64,000 bases of DNA. Origin: Methanocellaceae archaeon UBA148 (GTDB taxonomy: Archaea; Halobacteriota; UBA148). Below are positions 29,435 to 38,900 of this stretch, in pieces (positions within the stretch are counted from its first letter, which is position 1; every line of letters starts with the position of its first letter). The notes beneath the pieces were generated by a model. It did not search any database, had not been told where the DNA came from, and saw only the letters and a program-made list of their open reading frames with translations. The position numbers were made by a program, and so were the translations under genes. Location of the stretch: positions 86,997 through 150,996 of the forward strand of contig DAHG01000033.1 in NCBI GenBank assembly GCA_002495885.1, in the 5' to 3' direction.

Positions 29435-29686
29435 ATGAAGAACGGATTTATGTTGGGAAAGACAGAAGCTGGTGTTTTACGACTTGTAGTTGAATGCCAT
29501 TCTGATGAAGAGATAATAAGATGTATGATGGGGGTGGGACTCGCCTCATCGCGTCATATAGTGAAAGAGGCAATAAGTCGATTAATCCAGAAACAGTTCA
29601 TCGAGAGAGTTGGCGATACGCTAAAGTTGACAGAAGTGGGTCAGAAAACGGTGGAACTTATTAAGGTAGATGTTGTTGAGAGGTAA
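29435..29686 (+). CDS. small winged-helix DNA-binding protein (hypothetical regulator)
   Basis: 83 aa. Helix-turn-helix-like core GLASSRHIVKEAISRLIQKQFIER. Family unclear. Confidence 0.35.
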   Translation: MKNGFMLGKTEAGVLRLVVECHSDEEIIRCMMGVGLASSRHIVKEAISRLIQKQFIERVGDTLKLTEVGQKTVELIKVDVVER

Positions 29687-29691
29687 ATTTC

Positions 29692-29865
29692 ATGGCCAAA
29701 AAAAAGGAATCTAAAAGCGGTTTAATGTCCTCTGCGGGTTTGATGAGATATTATGATGTGGAAAAAACCGCAATCGCAATCAATCCAAAAGCAGTTTTTA
29801 TCATGGGTATTCTTGTGGCAGCCATCATAATAATGTTGAGCGCATATTATGGTATGTGGCCGTAG
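29692..29865 (+). CDS. secG: preprotein translocase subunit Sec61-beta (archaeal SecG)
   Basis: 57 aa, not in the ORF track. MAKKKESKSGLMSSAGLMRYYDVEKTAIAINPKAVFIMGILVAAIIIMLSAYYGMWP shows the conserved SAGLxRYxD motif plus a single C-terminal TM helix. Confidence 0.75.
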   Translation: MAKKKESKSGLMSSAGLMRYYDVEKTAIAINPKAVFIMGILVAAIIIMLSAYYGMWP

Positions 29866-30466
29866 TAACAGAGTAGTGAGAGAAATTGTATTCCTTGGAC
29901 GCTCAAATGTAGGCAAATCCACCCTTCTGCGTCAAATGGTCGGTAAGAAAGTTCGGGTTGGAAGGAAGCCAGGAGTAACGCTCAAGCCCAATCAATTCTT
30001 TTTGGATGATTTACTCATCACCGACCTGCCTGGGTTTGGGTTCATGCATGGGGTACAAAAACAGAAAAACGAGCAAATCAAAAGCTCAATCATTCGCTAC
30101 TTAGAGGAGAATTCAGATCGAATTTTGCTTGCCGTACAAGTCATCGATGCAGGGTCTTTCGTCGATTTAGTGGACCGATGGAGCATGAGGAATGAAATAC
30201 CCATCGACGTTGAGTTTTTCCATTTTTTACATGATCTTGATCTTGATGTAGTTATTGCAGTCAATAAAATTGATAAGTTGGGGGATATAGAATCTGAACT
30301 GGACGAAATCGTTCAGCGATTGGGCATGTATCCTCCTTGGAGACAGTGGAGAGACAAAATTGCTCTGATATGCGCAAAGAAGGGAGAAGTAGGCGAGTTA
30401 AGGGAACTGATAAAGAGCAGGTTGCATGATATTAAGCGGGACGATTTGTTGAAGCATTTTTCTTAG
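29849..30466 (+). CDS. engB: GTP-binding protein EngB/YihA family
   Basis: G1 GRSNVGKST, G3 DLPGFG, G4 NKIDK. Overlaps the secG 3-prime end by 17 nt. Confidence 0.8.
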   Translation: MVCGRSNRVVREIVFLGRSNVGKSTLLRQMVGKKVRVGRKPGVTLKPNQFFLDDLLITDLPGFGFMHGVQKQKNEQIKSSIIRYLEENSDRILLAVQVIDAGSFVDLVDRWSMRNEIPIDVEFFHFLHDLDLDVVIAVNKIDKLGDIESELDEIVQRLGMYPPWRQWRDKIALICAKKGEVGELRELIKSRLHDIKRDDLLKHFS

Positions 30467-30635
30467 CACAGTGTATCTGATGTGGTTTGTAATTAATGGG
30501 CACAATCTAAATTCCAGAGTATAATACATCGATCTATTCCTAAAAGAGTACTTCAGCTTCGCTGTAGATTGAGAGAGAAGATTATGCTGTTAAAATTTGT
30601 GAAACCCTGAAAGTTAATGGTGATTCACTTTATCT

Positions 30636-31559
30636 TTATTGGAGAGCTACTGGTTTAGGAAATGCCGCCTCTAAATCCCTCTTATGGGGTAACCCTTTTC
30701 TTGCGCCGTATTCGCTGATGCATCTAGCTGCGAAAAAGTTCCCCATCCTACCGCAATTATGGGTGTCCTCTCCGCCTAGCACGCCGTATAAAAAACCAGC
30801 AGCGAAAGCATCACCCGCTCCGGTGGTGTCGACAACCTTTGTTTTGCAGGAGGGAACCAAATGTGCATTTTTGCCATTTGTTACATAACAGCCCCCTTTC
30901 CCCAGGGTAGTTGCGACGGTCTTGGCGCCCATCTCTATCAATAGCTTTGATCCACGCTCATAATCAGAATTTGTAAGCGTCTCCATCTCCTCGTAGTTTA
31001 CAAAAATCACATCACTTTTTTCTATAATTGGCTGTAAGGTTTCCAAGGAAAATTTGGAACATAACATGCCAGGGTTGAAGCTTACCCTCGTTTTTATACG
31101 CTCGATTAGTGATACCTGCATCTCCAGTTGTCTTCTGTCTACGAAGGAGCTCATGTGCAGGAACTTTGCCCCCTCTATATACTCAACATCCACATCGCTC
31201 ACATCAAATTCATCATTGACGCCCGGGTAAATGTAAAGTGATCTCTCTCCATCATCATCCACAAGTCCTATAGCTATGCCACTGTTGCCATCCAGTACCT
31301 TTATTCTGTTTATATCAACATCCTCATTTGCAAGGTCCCTTAAGATGACCCCTCCTTCTTCATCGTTGCCGACCGCCCCTATAAATCCTGTTTTGGCTCC
31401 GACTCTTGCCAATCCAAAGATTGTATTTGCCGCAGAACCACCAGGAGACTCTCTTACCTCTTTAACTCCAACCTCTTCTCCTGCTTTTGCTATTTTAGTG
31501 ACAACATACAGCTTATCATAGTTCAACGCCCCAAGACCGACGACATCCATGTTTTTCAC
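30636..31559 (-). CDS. PfkB-family carbohydrate/nucleoside kinase (ribokinase fold)
   Basis: N-terminal GxGxxxxD, mid GGSAANT, and C-terminal DTTGAGDAF anion-hole motif. Confidence 0.8.
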   Translation of the reverse strand: MKNMDVVGLGALNYDKLYVVTKIAKAGEEVGVKEVRESPGGSAANTIFGLARVGAKTGFIGAVGNDEEGGVILRDLANEDVDINRIKVLDGNSGIAIGLVDDDGERSLYIYPGVNDEFDVSDVDVEYIEGAKFLHMSSFVDRRQLEMQVSLIERIKTRVSFNPGMLCSKFSLETLQPIIEKSDVIFVNYEEMETLTNSDYERGSKLLIEMGAKTVATTLGKGGCYVTNGKNAHLVPSCKTKVVDTTGAGDAFAAGFLYGVLGGEDTHNCGRMGNFFAARCISEYGARKGLPHKRDLEAAFPKPVALQ

Positions 31560-32617
31560 CCTAGTTTTGCCACCTCTCCTCTCACAAGATTTCTAAATCT
31601 CTTGTGTATCTTGATCACCTCGTCTAACTTCACTTTGCCCTCTAAGTAATGAAAGTATGGGAGAATTTGTTCCGACTCCATCAAAAAATCTTTGATCTCG
31701 GGTGTGATTAGCTCATCTGGAATGCTCTCTGGACCCGTTTCAAATCCATCCCTTTCGGTCTCCCAAGATTTGACGATTTCAATCAGGTGCTCTCTTTTAT
31801 CAAACTCTCTCAACACTGGGTGCAAAAACCGTATGTCCAAGGATGCCAGGCCTATGCTTGCATATGGAATTGCATATTCATTCCCATTGAAGACAATCGC
31901 CAATCCGCCGTGCTCTCTTGCTTCTTTTAACATCTTGTAGTCTGTAATACTATCCCCAACTACCACTATATCCCCTAGCTTGGCTTTGTTCTCTTTGGCG
32001 ATTTTATGTAGGGCCTGAACTTTTCTCTCCCCTCCAACCACTCGCACTTTTTCTAGGACGTTTCCGTAGCCCGTCTTCGGAAGCTCCTCAAAAAAGAATC
32101 GGTCTAAGAGCTTAACAACTCTCTTATGATCCTCCATATGTGGATAAAGTTGAATGATCTCCCTCTCAGCATGCTCTATCACATCCAAATTCCCTACATT
32201 CGCCTTCAACTCCTCCAATGAAAGTTTTGTGCAGGTGATATTATCCTTTGGAACGTTTAGCTGTGCACCTATGTGGTGAGCATGCTGTTCATAGCTTGTT
32301 GAGATGATGTATGTCTTCCAACCCTCATACTGAAGCCTTGAAACCAACTCTTTGGCTCCATCAACGATTTTTGCCCTTTTCGATACATTCTCTATATTTT
32401 TCTCTGAGATTCCATTGAGCAACAAAAATGGTACTATTAATGCAAGTGTATCGCCGGGCTCATAGCCATCCCTGCCCTCAAGTGCTATTATATCATCGTA
32501 TTTGCTGATGACCTCAAATATCTTCTCTCCGTTCTCAGCCAGAGATAGAACTTCATATGCATTGTCCTGAGGTGACAAAGGGCCTTCTAGGTCAAAACAG
32601 ATTATTCGTAGTCCCAT
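31556..32617 (-). CDS. HAD-like domain protein with Cys in motif I (CFDLEGPL); possibly EhaR-like family
   Basis: ICFDLEGPL at the motif I position, GDSITD (motif IV-like). 4-nt overlap with the PfkB kinase. The EhaR family assignment is from memory and uncertain. Confidence 0.4.
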   Translation of the reverse strand: MGLRIICFDLEGPLSPQDNAYEVLSLAENGEKIFEVISKYDDIIALEGRDGYEPGDTLALIVPFLLLNGISEKNIENVSKRAKIVDGAKELVSRLQYEGWKTYIISTSYEQHAHHIGAQLNVPKDNITCTKLSLEELKANVGNLDVIEHAEREIIQLYPHMEDHKRVVKLLDRFFFEELPKTGYGNVLEKVRVVGGERKVQALHKIAKENKAKLGDIVVVGDSITDYKMLKEAREHGGLAIVFNGNEYAIPYASIGLASLDIRFLHPVLREFDKREHLIEIVKSWETERDGFETGPESIPDELITPEIKDFLMESEQILPYFHYLEGKVKLDEVIKIHKRFRNLVRGEVAKLG

Positions 32618-32639
32618 TCCATTTCCTCTCCTCCCTCAC

Positions 32640-32906
32640 CTAAGCGAGGTCGATCTCTATCGCTGAGATGTTGATTGGTCCCCCTTCTGTACCCCGACTA
32701 TCGGTTGAAATCTTGATATCCTTTACCTTGATCTTAGGAAGGAATTTGTTTCTCACGATTTCTGCTATATCTACTGCCCGTGAAATCGATCTGCATCTAG
32801 CTTTTAGTATCACTTTTTTTGAGCCACTGTTGAACTGTGTGATTACGGCGAGAACATAATTCATTGCCGGTTTACTTCCTATTAGAATAGTGTTATCCTC
32901 TGCCAT
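32640..32906 (-). CDS. albA: chromatin protein Alba
   Basis: 88 aa. [17 protein letters not shown]...[19 protein letters not shown] matches the Alba consensus. Confidence 0.9.
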   Translation of the reverse strand: MAEDNTILIGSKPAMNYVLAVITQFNSGSKKVILKARCRSISRAVDIAEIVRNKFLPKIKVKDIKISTDSRGTEGGPINISAIEIDLA

Positions 32907-33573
32907 TTCATGAACACCTGCAGTTTCTATCCTCGATGAGTGAGCTAATAAATGTTTTTATTGAGGGTTCATTATTTATGATTTCAGCCCAGCCTAATTT
33001 AAAAACCGTCTATTGGCTTTGTTTGGTTTGTATTGAAAATTAGATGCCTGTTTACAACCCTCTGGTCCGTATTTCCAAGGTATCGTAGGGTATAGGGCCG
33101 GGAGGATCATAAACAACCAAGCAGACAGTAGAAGTAAAATCTGATATGTAGATAGTTGTGAAGCCGAAAACTGCTGTGGAGTTAAAAGAGCTGTGTAATA
33201 AAGCGGTCGATCCTACCCCAAAACCCTCGGCGGGTTTACTTATATTTTTCAGAATAGTAGGAATAAGATAATGTGATCCCCCAAAATGTGAATGCGGGAT
33301 GGGCAGCGAAGCGAAGCACACTGTGGAGTAAAGGCATTTCAATCCCACTATAGTCTGATTTTAGTTACCGTTGAAAATCGCAGTTGATTTTGCGTTTTGA
33401 CCGTTGAAATTGCGGTTGACGAAAATGGTGGTTGATGGTGAGGAAGTGAGACCCAATATGGAAATCAAAGACGTAGTTAAAACGTTATCAACAGACACGC
33501 AACACTAGGGGCTTTGAGAGTCAACCGTGAAATTCAACGGTACCGAAAAAAAAAGGGGGGGCAGACTGCAGTC

Positions 33574-34056
33574 TTATTTCTTTATTCCATCCTTTCTCTT
33601 TTGAGCTTTATCATCAAGCTCTGCTAACATAATATACCCTATTGTAAGAACCACAGCCAATATCAAAGCAGGGTCAAACCCTAATCTCAGCACTTGTCTG
33701 CCACACACAACCATAACTATCTCATTAATCAGCATATTGGGGAACGTCACTAAAATAATAATAACAGCCATATAGTTTTCCCCACTGATTTTAGTGTGTT
33801 TGTCGATACGTCTAATCAACAATGCTCCCAATTTGATTATTTCATAGATAGCAAGGAGAGATATAGGTACCATAACAAGAAAATATTCTAGGCCGATTAT
33901 GCTGGCAAAATAAGCGTGTACGGGGTTACCTTCATATGCCTCTGGATTATTACTCAAGAACAGGTAAGTGAAAACAAGATCGAATAGGGTAATACCTGCT
34001 ACTAACCCGTATAAAACCCAAAAAGATATTTTTGCTGTTTTTTGATTTATGCCCAT
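33574..34056 (-). CDS. hypothetical integral membrane protein (4 TM)
   Basis: Hydrophobic helices throughout, 160 aa. No motif recognised. Confidence 0.45.
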   Translation of the reverse strand: MGINQKTAKISFWVLYGLVAGITLFDLVFTYLFLSNNPEAYEGNPVHAYFASIIGLEYFLVMVPISLLAIYEIIKLGALLIRRIDKHTKISGENYMAVIIILVTFPNMLINEIVMVVCGRQVLRLGFDPALILAVVLTIGYIMLAELDDKAQKRKDGIKK

Positions 34057-34626
34057 TATTCGTCCTCATCTACATGCTTATAACAACAGCTTCTTTAAAA
34101 ACTAATCTTTTCAGGGACTACAATGTCTATTTTCTAGATAGACAAGAGGATAGTCGGTGAATTCTTTAAGGGACAGAGGTCTTGCATTCTTAGGGGGATT
34201 AGTTGAATAAGGGATTACTGGATGGGAACACAAAAAGAAGAGTGAAGATATAAAAATTAATTATTAGAAGAGTGGTAAATTCAAGAGGGTTATTTGAGGA
34301 ATTGTCTTTGCAAAGCTCGTCTTTCCGTTCCGCGTTTCCATACCATAATTTGGTTTTGAACTTCATTCTTTAAAAAACAAAAGGTAAGTGTTGAATTAAG
34401 GAATAAAAAAAGAAAAATAAGCAGGGTTGCTTATCTCAACTTTTTAAATTTATTTGCTTTTTCCTGTTCGATTACTCTGATCATATCACTGCCTTCAAAT
34501 CGTGTTCCGTCGGTTAATCTTCCTGATACAGTTATTTCCACAGCTAATTGAACAAAATAAGCGATTGTTGCCTCACGCATTGCTGACGAATATTTCGCAG
34601 GAATTATCGTGGCGGTTCAAGGCAGG

Positions 34627-36129
34627 TTAAGCACTTGGGTTTTGTACACGTCCAACAAAGAGTATCGTACTAGTCTTAACGTCACGGATTAAAAAGATGA
34701 AAGGTCGATCAACGGTAACCTCAATCGGCGTACTAGGAATAACAGCCGTTATTCCCACTATTACGGCTGTAGCTGCCGCCGCCTCAGTGCCAGCCTCATC
34801 AACTGAGACAAAAGCCTTATGCAATACGTCCTGGATGTACAGGTCCTTCTTACCGTCCATGCCGGAAAAATTGGCTGCCTCCGGTATAAAGGCGTCTTTC
34901 ATACCCAGTATGGCAAGAGCTTGCTTCAACCCGAAATTGGACACATATTCAAATTTTGGCATTGACAGGGCAACTTGCTGGTAGCATATTTTCTGAATAA
35001 TGCCGTCCACCAGTTGCCTGTTTAACGATGCCTCAAACGAAGCGAACTTGCCTTGCTCTGGCAGTAGAATGATCATCGACAGTTCGCGCCCATCGTAAGG
35101 CAGTTCTACTGTCTGGTAGTCGTCTCCCTTCATATAACCGAAGGATTCTTCTTGTCTCATCATAGGAACGCTTACCTTGTCGCCATTGAGCAGAAAAAAG
35201 TCACCTTGAGAAGTGGTCTCCTCGTCGAAAGGATATTGCCAAGCAGCATTAAAGTAGATGGCGTTAGTCAGGACAAGCCGAGTCAACTCGTCAATAGCAC
35301 CCTGGGGAATCAGGTCATTAATCCTGTCTTCCGTCTGTTCGCTGACCCAATCATTGATGGTAATGCGAGACTGCTCTGGTGCTTTCATGAAATCGAGAAT
35401 CCTCAGCCCAGCGCCGTAATTCTCCGCCAGAAGGTCAAGATATCCAGAAAGAAACTGGAAGTCCTTTTGTCCCCAGATGGCATTAACGATATGCAGGCGG
35501 AAACCTTCATCGTCTTTTCCTTCAGCACCTTCACCGCGACTTGCCAGCTCAAAGTCAAGACTATTGAAAGCGGCGTGTAACTGGTCCTGCGGAAGTAGAA
35601 ATTGCAGAGCATCACCCATCTGATTCTCGGTGTCGCCGCGAGCGCCGGCGTAGGTCATTGCCAGAGCCATAGAAATGCTGTAGGGCGAGTAGAAAAGATT
35701 GCCATCATTTTCTCTCAGTACCTGATAAAGGCCAAAAGCGAAGGCACTATTTCCGTTGGCTAGAGTTGCCAGATCTGCTTCCTTCACATCCGGCGAAGCC
35801 ACCCGCTGCTTCTCTGATTGAAGTATATTAACCAATGTAGGTGCAGGCGTCGATGTGGGTGTGGGAGCTAGTGTAGGTGTAGGCGTTGCTGCTGGTGTTG
35901 GTGTTGGTTGTGCCCCTGGATGAGATGGTGTTGCTGCGGGTGCTGCTGGTACTGGCGTTGCTGTTGCTGGTAATGGTGGTGTTCTGGCAGGTGCTGTAGG
36001 TGCTGGTGTGGGCTCAGGCTCTGATACGCATCCAGAAATCCCCATAGTTGCTATGACCCCTGCAAGTGCGATAGACTTGAGGAACCTGCGTCTTCCCATC
36101 TTCATAGTTCTTATTTTACATGGTCCCAC
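34627..36129 (-). CDS. secreted serpin (serine protease inhibitor) with Tat-like/lipobox signal and Pro/Thr linker; probable start at ~36099-36105
   Basis: MKMGRRRFLKSIALAGVIATMGISGC signal. ~70 aa PT-rich linker. Serpin core: FSPYSISMALAMTYAGARG, NAIYFNAAWQ, hinge DEAGTEAAAATAV, PFIFLIRD. Confidence 0.85.
   Translation of the reverse strand: MGPCKIRTMKMGRRRFLKSIALAGVIATMGISGCVSEPEPTPAPTAPARTPPLPATATPVPAAPAATPSHPGAQPTPTPAATPTPTLAPTPTSTPAPTLVNILQSEKQRVASPDVKEADLATLANGNSAFAFGLYQVLRENDGNLFYSPYSISMALAMTYAGARGDTENQMGDALQFLLPQDQLHAAFNSLDFELASRGEGAEGKDDEGFRLHIVNAIWGQKDFQFLSGYLDLLAENYGAGLRILDFMKAPEQSRITINDWVSEQTEDRINDLIPQGAIDELTRLVLTNAIYFNAAWQYPFDEETTSQGDFFLLNGDKVSVPMMRQEESFGYMKGDDYQTVELPYDGRELSMIILLPEQGKFASFEASLNRQLVDGIIQKICYQQVALSMPKFEYVSNFGLKQALAILGMKDAFIPEAANFSGMDGKKDLYIQDVLHKAFVSVDEAGTEAAAATAVIVGITAVIPSTPIEVTVDRPFIFLIRDVKTSTILFVGRVQNPSA
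35904..35979 (-). repeat. inverted copy of the 76-nt PT-linker segment (partner of 3144-3219)
   Basis: The reverse complement of the plus strand equals the wtpA linker DNA. Both encode PPLPATATPVPAAPAATPSHPGAQP. Confidence 0.9.
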
Positions 36130-36246
36130 ACAGGATATAAAGCTTTCACATCTCTGTTATCTCCGGCGTTTTTCTTCCTGTTTTCCTTATTTTCCGAGTA
36201 AAAATATAACCAAAGACTATCTCAGATAATGAATCCGATAGTTAAC

Positions 36247-36561
36247 TCACCCTAACTTCACCGCAGTGCCATATGCCAGCAGTTCGGCTGCGCCGCTCAT
36301 CGTCTGCGAGGTCATGAATCTTGCACTGATGACCGCATCTGCCCCCAGTTTTTCTGCATTTTTTACCATTCTATGGATGGACTCCTCTCTCGCATCATTC
36401 AACATCTCTGTGTATTCTCTCAGCTCTCCGCCTACGATATTTCTCAACGCAGCCAAAATGTCCTTTCCGATCCATTTTGCTCTAACGGTATTTCCCTTGA
36501 CCAGACCCAACGTCTCAATAATTTTCTTCCCCTCTATTTTTTCTGAGGTCACTACCAACAT
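36247..36561 (-). CDS. YbjQ/UPF0145 (DUF74) family protein
   Basis: 104 aa. ...GADAVISARF...AYGTAVKL pattern of the family. Confidence 0.65.
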   Translation of the reverse strand: MLVVTSEKIEGKKIIETLGLVKGNTVRAKWIGKDILAALRNIVGGELREYTEMLNDAREESIHRMVKNAEKLGADAVISARFMTSQTMSGAAELLAYGTAVKLG

Positions 36562-36562
36562 T

Positions 36563-36757
36563 TTATGTTACCTCCTCAAATCTTTCTCTGATGACCGAAA
36601 TTAACAGAAATACTATCCCAGTTAGTATGCCAACTACGCCTAACCTGATGACCAAGGGCACTTCTGATGCTTTGATGAAATGATACAACGCATAGGAAAG
36701 GCAGATTATCACGCCGATCCCCAAAAGAATGAAACCAAAAAATCGCACTTTTTCCAT
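36563..36757 (-). CDS. small membrane protein (2 TM), hypothetical
   Basis: 64 aa, two hydrophobic helices. 2-nt spacing to the upstream gene. Confidence 0.35.
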   Translation of the reverse strand: MEKVRFFGFILLGIGVIICLSYALYHFIKASEVPLVIRLGVVGILTGIVFLLISVIRERFEEVT

Positions 36758-36816
36758 TATTTTATTTGCACCTCCCTTTAGTTCCGATGATTTTTTTTGT
36801 TTTTAATTGTTCTAAC

Positions 36817-37797
36817 TCAAAAACTAATCTCCCCTATGATTTCCTCGCCGATGAGCTTGATTGAGGCTGACACATCCGGACCGATTGGAGAGCCTACGAC
36901 CACCTGTGTCACTCCTATCCCCCGTAACTCTTTAATCCTCTGGATACAGTGGTCAGGTGAGCCATAGATCGAGAATGCATCCACCATGGGGTTAGTGACA
37001 GACTTGAAAGCCGTCCTGAAGTCGCCCTTGGCCAACGCACTCTTAATTGCATCTACCTCCGTGGAATCGATGTCGTGCCTTTCCAGAACAGGTGCGGGAG
37101 ATCCAGCTACGATAAAGGCCACAACTGGCACAACTGCTTTTTTCGCCTTCTCTTCATCTAAATCCACGGAAAAGCTGGCATAGGCAGCTATGTCAAAACC
37201 TGCTTTTGGAGAGCCTTTTTGAACTTGAGAGATCGCATACTTAAAATCCAAGGGATGAGATGCGTTTATCAATACGCCATCTCCTATGGCACTAGCGGTT
37301 CTAAGCATGAGAGGGCCCTGAGCACCGATATATATGGGTATCTCTGGGCACTTTAAAGATAGTTTGGCGCCTTCAATCCTGAAGAAATCTCCCTGAAAAG
37401 AGAGACGTTCTCCTGTCAAGAGGCGTCTAATGATCTCTACTGCCTCTTTTAGCTTTGCTAAAGGTTTGTCCATCTGGATGCCCAACGATGCTAAAGTGGT
37501 CTTATCACCTGCTCCGATGCCGAGCATTGCCCTCCCATTGGAGATATTATCGATGGTGGCAATAGCAGAAGCAGTCAGTGCAGGATGGACCTGATATGCA
37601 TTTGTTACTCCTGGCCCAAGTCTAACTCTTTTCGTCCTTTCGGCTACCAATGCCAATGTAGCATAGACATTCCTGTTGTTGTAGTGATCCGTGATCCATA
37701 TTGCATCGAATCCCTGATTTTCAGCTAAAACGCAGTGATTTACGAGATCATTCAAGGGCATATCTGGTACAAATTCTATGCCTAACACGAAAAACAC
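36817..37797 (-). CDS. mer: F420-dependent 5,10-methylenetetrahydromethanopterin reductase (Mer) / luciferase-like family
   Basis: GIEFVPDMP...FDAIWITDHYNNRNVYATLALVAE...LGPGVTNAY...ASAIATID..SNGRA.LGIGAGD closely follows the Mer consensus. Confidence 0.75.
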   Translation of the reverse strand: MFFVLGIEFVPDMPLNDLVNHCVLAENQGFDAIWITDHYNNRNVYATLALVAERTKRVRLGPGVTNAYQVHPALTASAIATIDNISNGRAMLGIGAGDKTTLASLGIQMDKPLAKLKEAVEIIRRLLTGERLSFQGDFFRIEGAKLSLKCPEIPIYIGAQGPLMLRTASAIGDGVLINASHPLDFKYAISQVQKGSPKAGFDIAAYASFSVDLDEEKAKKAVVPVVAFIVAGSPAPVLERHDIDSTEVDAIKSALAKGDFRTAFKSVTNPMVDAFSIYGSPDHCIQRIKELRGIGVTQVVVGSPIGPDVSASIKLIGEEIIGEISF

Positions 37798-37833
37798 CCA
37801 TTTAAAATTGCCTGAACTGCTTAAAATACTATT

Positions 37834-38625
37834 CTATTGTTTTAAGGCCATGTGCACAACATCTCCGATGTTCAATCTGAATAACTTTGCTGCATTACCC
37901 CCTTTGACCGATATCTCAAGAAAATTATGGCTCCCGATCGTTATAAGCTCGGAGGTGACCTCATCGTAGGTCATGACAAATGGAATTTGCTTTCCGAGTA
38001 ACTCCACACTAGCCCCATAATTTATGTGTTCAAGGGCTAGGGGCCCAGGAATATTGGTGATGACGTTGCCGAAATCGTCGATATACATTACCTCACCCTG
38101 TAGCGATTCCCTTGATGCATAAACTTCACCAAAGTCGAGTTCAATAAAATCATCTATTTTCCTGAATTCTGAGATATCATATCCCCTGGACAGGTGTGCA
38201 GCGGCCGGGGCAAAGACGTCCCTGCCATGAAATGTGGGGCTGACAGGAGAGACGCACAGCTCTGGGGGGATCTCATACACTGTGAAGTGCCCCATACTAC
38301 GCGCAGCGGGAATAAGTAAGCCGTTATCGGGTCCCACGAAAGTTTGCTTGCCTTTGATAACGGTTGGGCGGCGCCCAGTACCTACACCGGGATCGATCAC
38401 TGCGACATGGATCGTACCCTCTGGAAATCGTCCAGCAACGTACATCAATGCAAACGCACCAGCCCTGATGTTTTGAGGGGGAATGTTGTGAGATATATCA
38501 ACGATCTTAGCATCTGGATCAATCTTTAGAATTGTGCCCTTCATCACTGCAGGATACAGATCGCCGAAATCGGTTAATAGTGTGATTATTGGATTCATCT
38601 CTTCCTCATCAATGGTTGAATTCAC
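37834..38625 (-). CDS. SAM hydroxide adenosyltransferase (DUF62, fluorinase-like SAM hydrolase)
   Basis: ITLLTDFGDLYPAVMKG...IDPGVGT motifs of the DUF62 family. Confidence 0.7.
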   Translation of the reverse strand: MNSTIDEEEMNPIITLLTDFGDLYPAVMKGTILKIDPDAKIVDISHNIPPQNIRAGAFALMYVAGRFPEGTIHVAVIDPGVGTGRRPTVIKGKQTFVGPDNGLLIPAARSMGHFTVYEIPPELCVSPVSPTFHGRDVFAPAAAHLSRGYDISEFRKIDDFIELDFGEVYASRESLQGEVMYIDDFGNVITNIPGPLALEHINYGASVELLGKQIPFVMTYDEVTSELITIGSHNFLEISVKGGNAAKLFRLNIGDVVHMALKQ

Positions 38626-38900
38626 GATACTTAAAAAAATTTCGTATAGTGAATTGAATTTAATAAGATACTTAAGGACGCCCCAAGATCGATTGGATGA
38701 GATGATAATATATTTTTTGAACGTTAAACGTTATCTTTGTTGAAGATTTTATAAGTCAAATTTGCATTCTGATATTTTCGTTTTCAAAGTGAAAAGTATT
38801 GTGTATGACGCTGGCGATCATCTGAAGTTTGCGTAATAAATTTGGGCCGAGGCGAACGCAGTGAGCCAAGCCAGATACCCGTCTGTTAGGCGAAGTTGAC

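Noticed and set aside
33052-33348. 98-aa ORF (-) in the alba downstream region
   Set aside because: No start context, and odd composition. It overlaps a region better explained as structured non-coding DNA.
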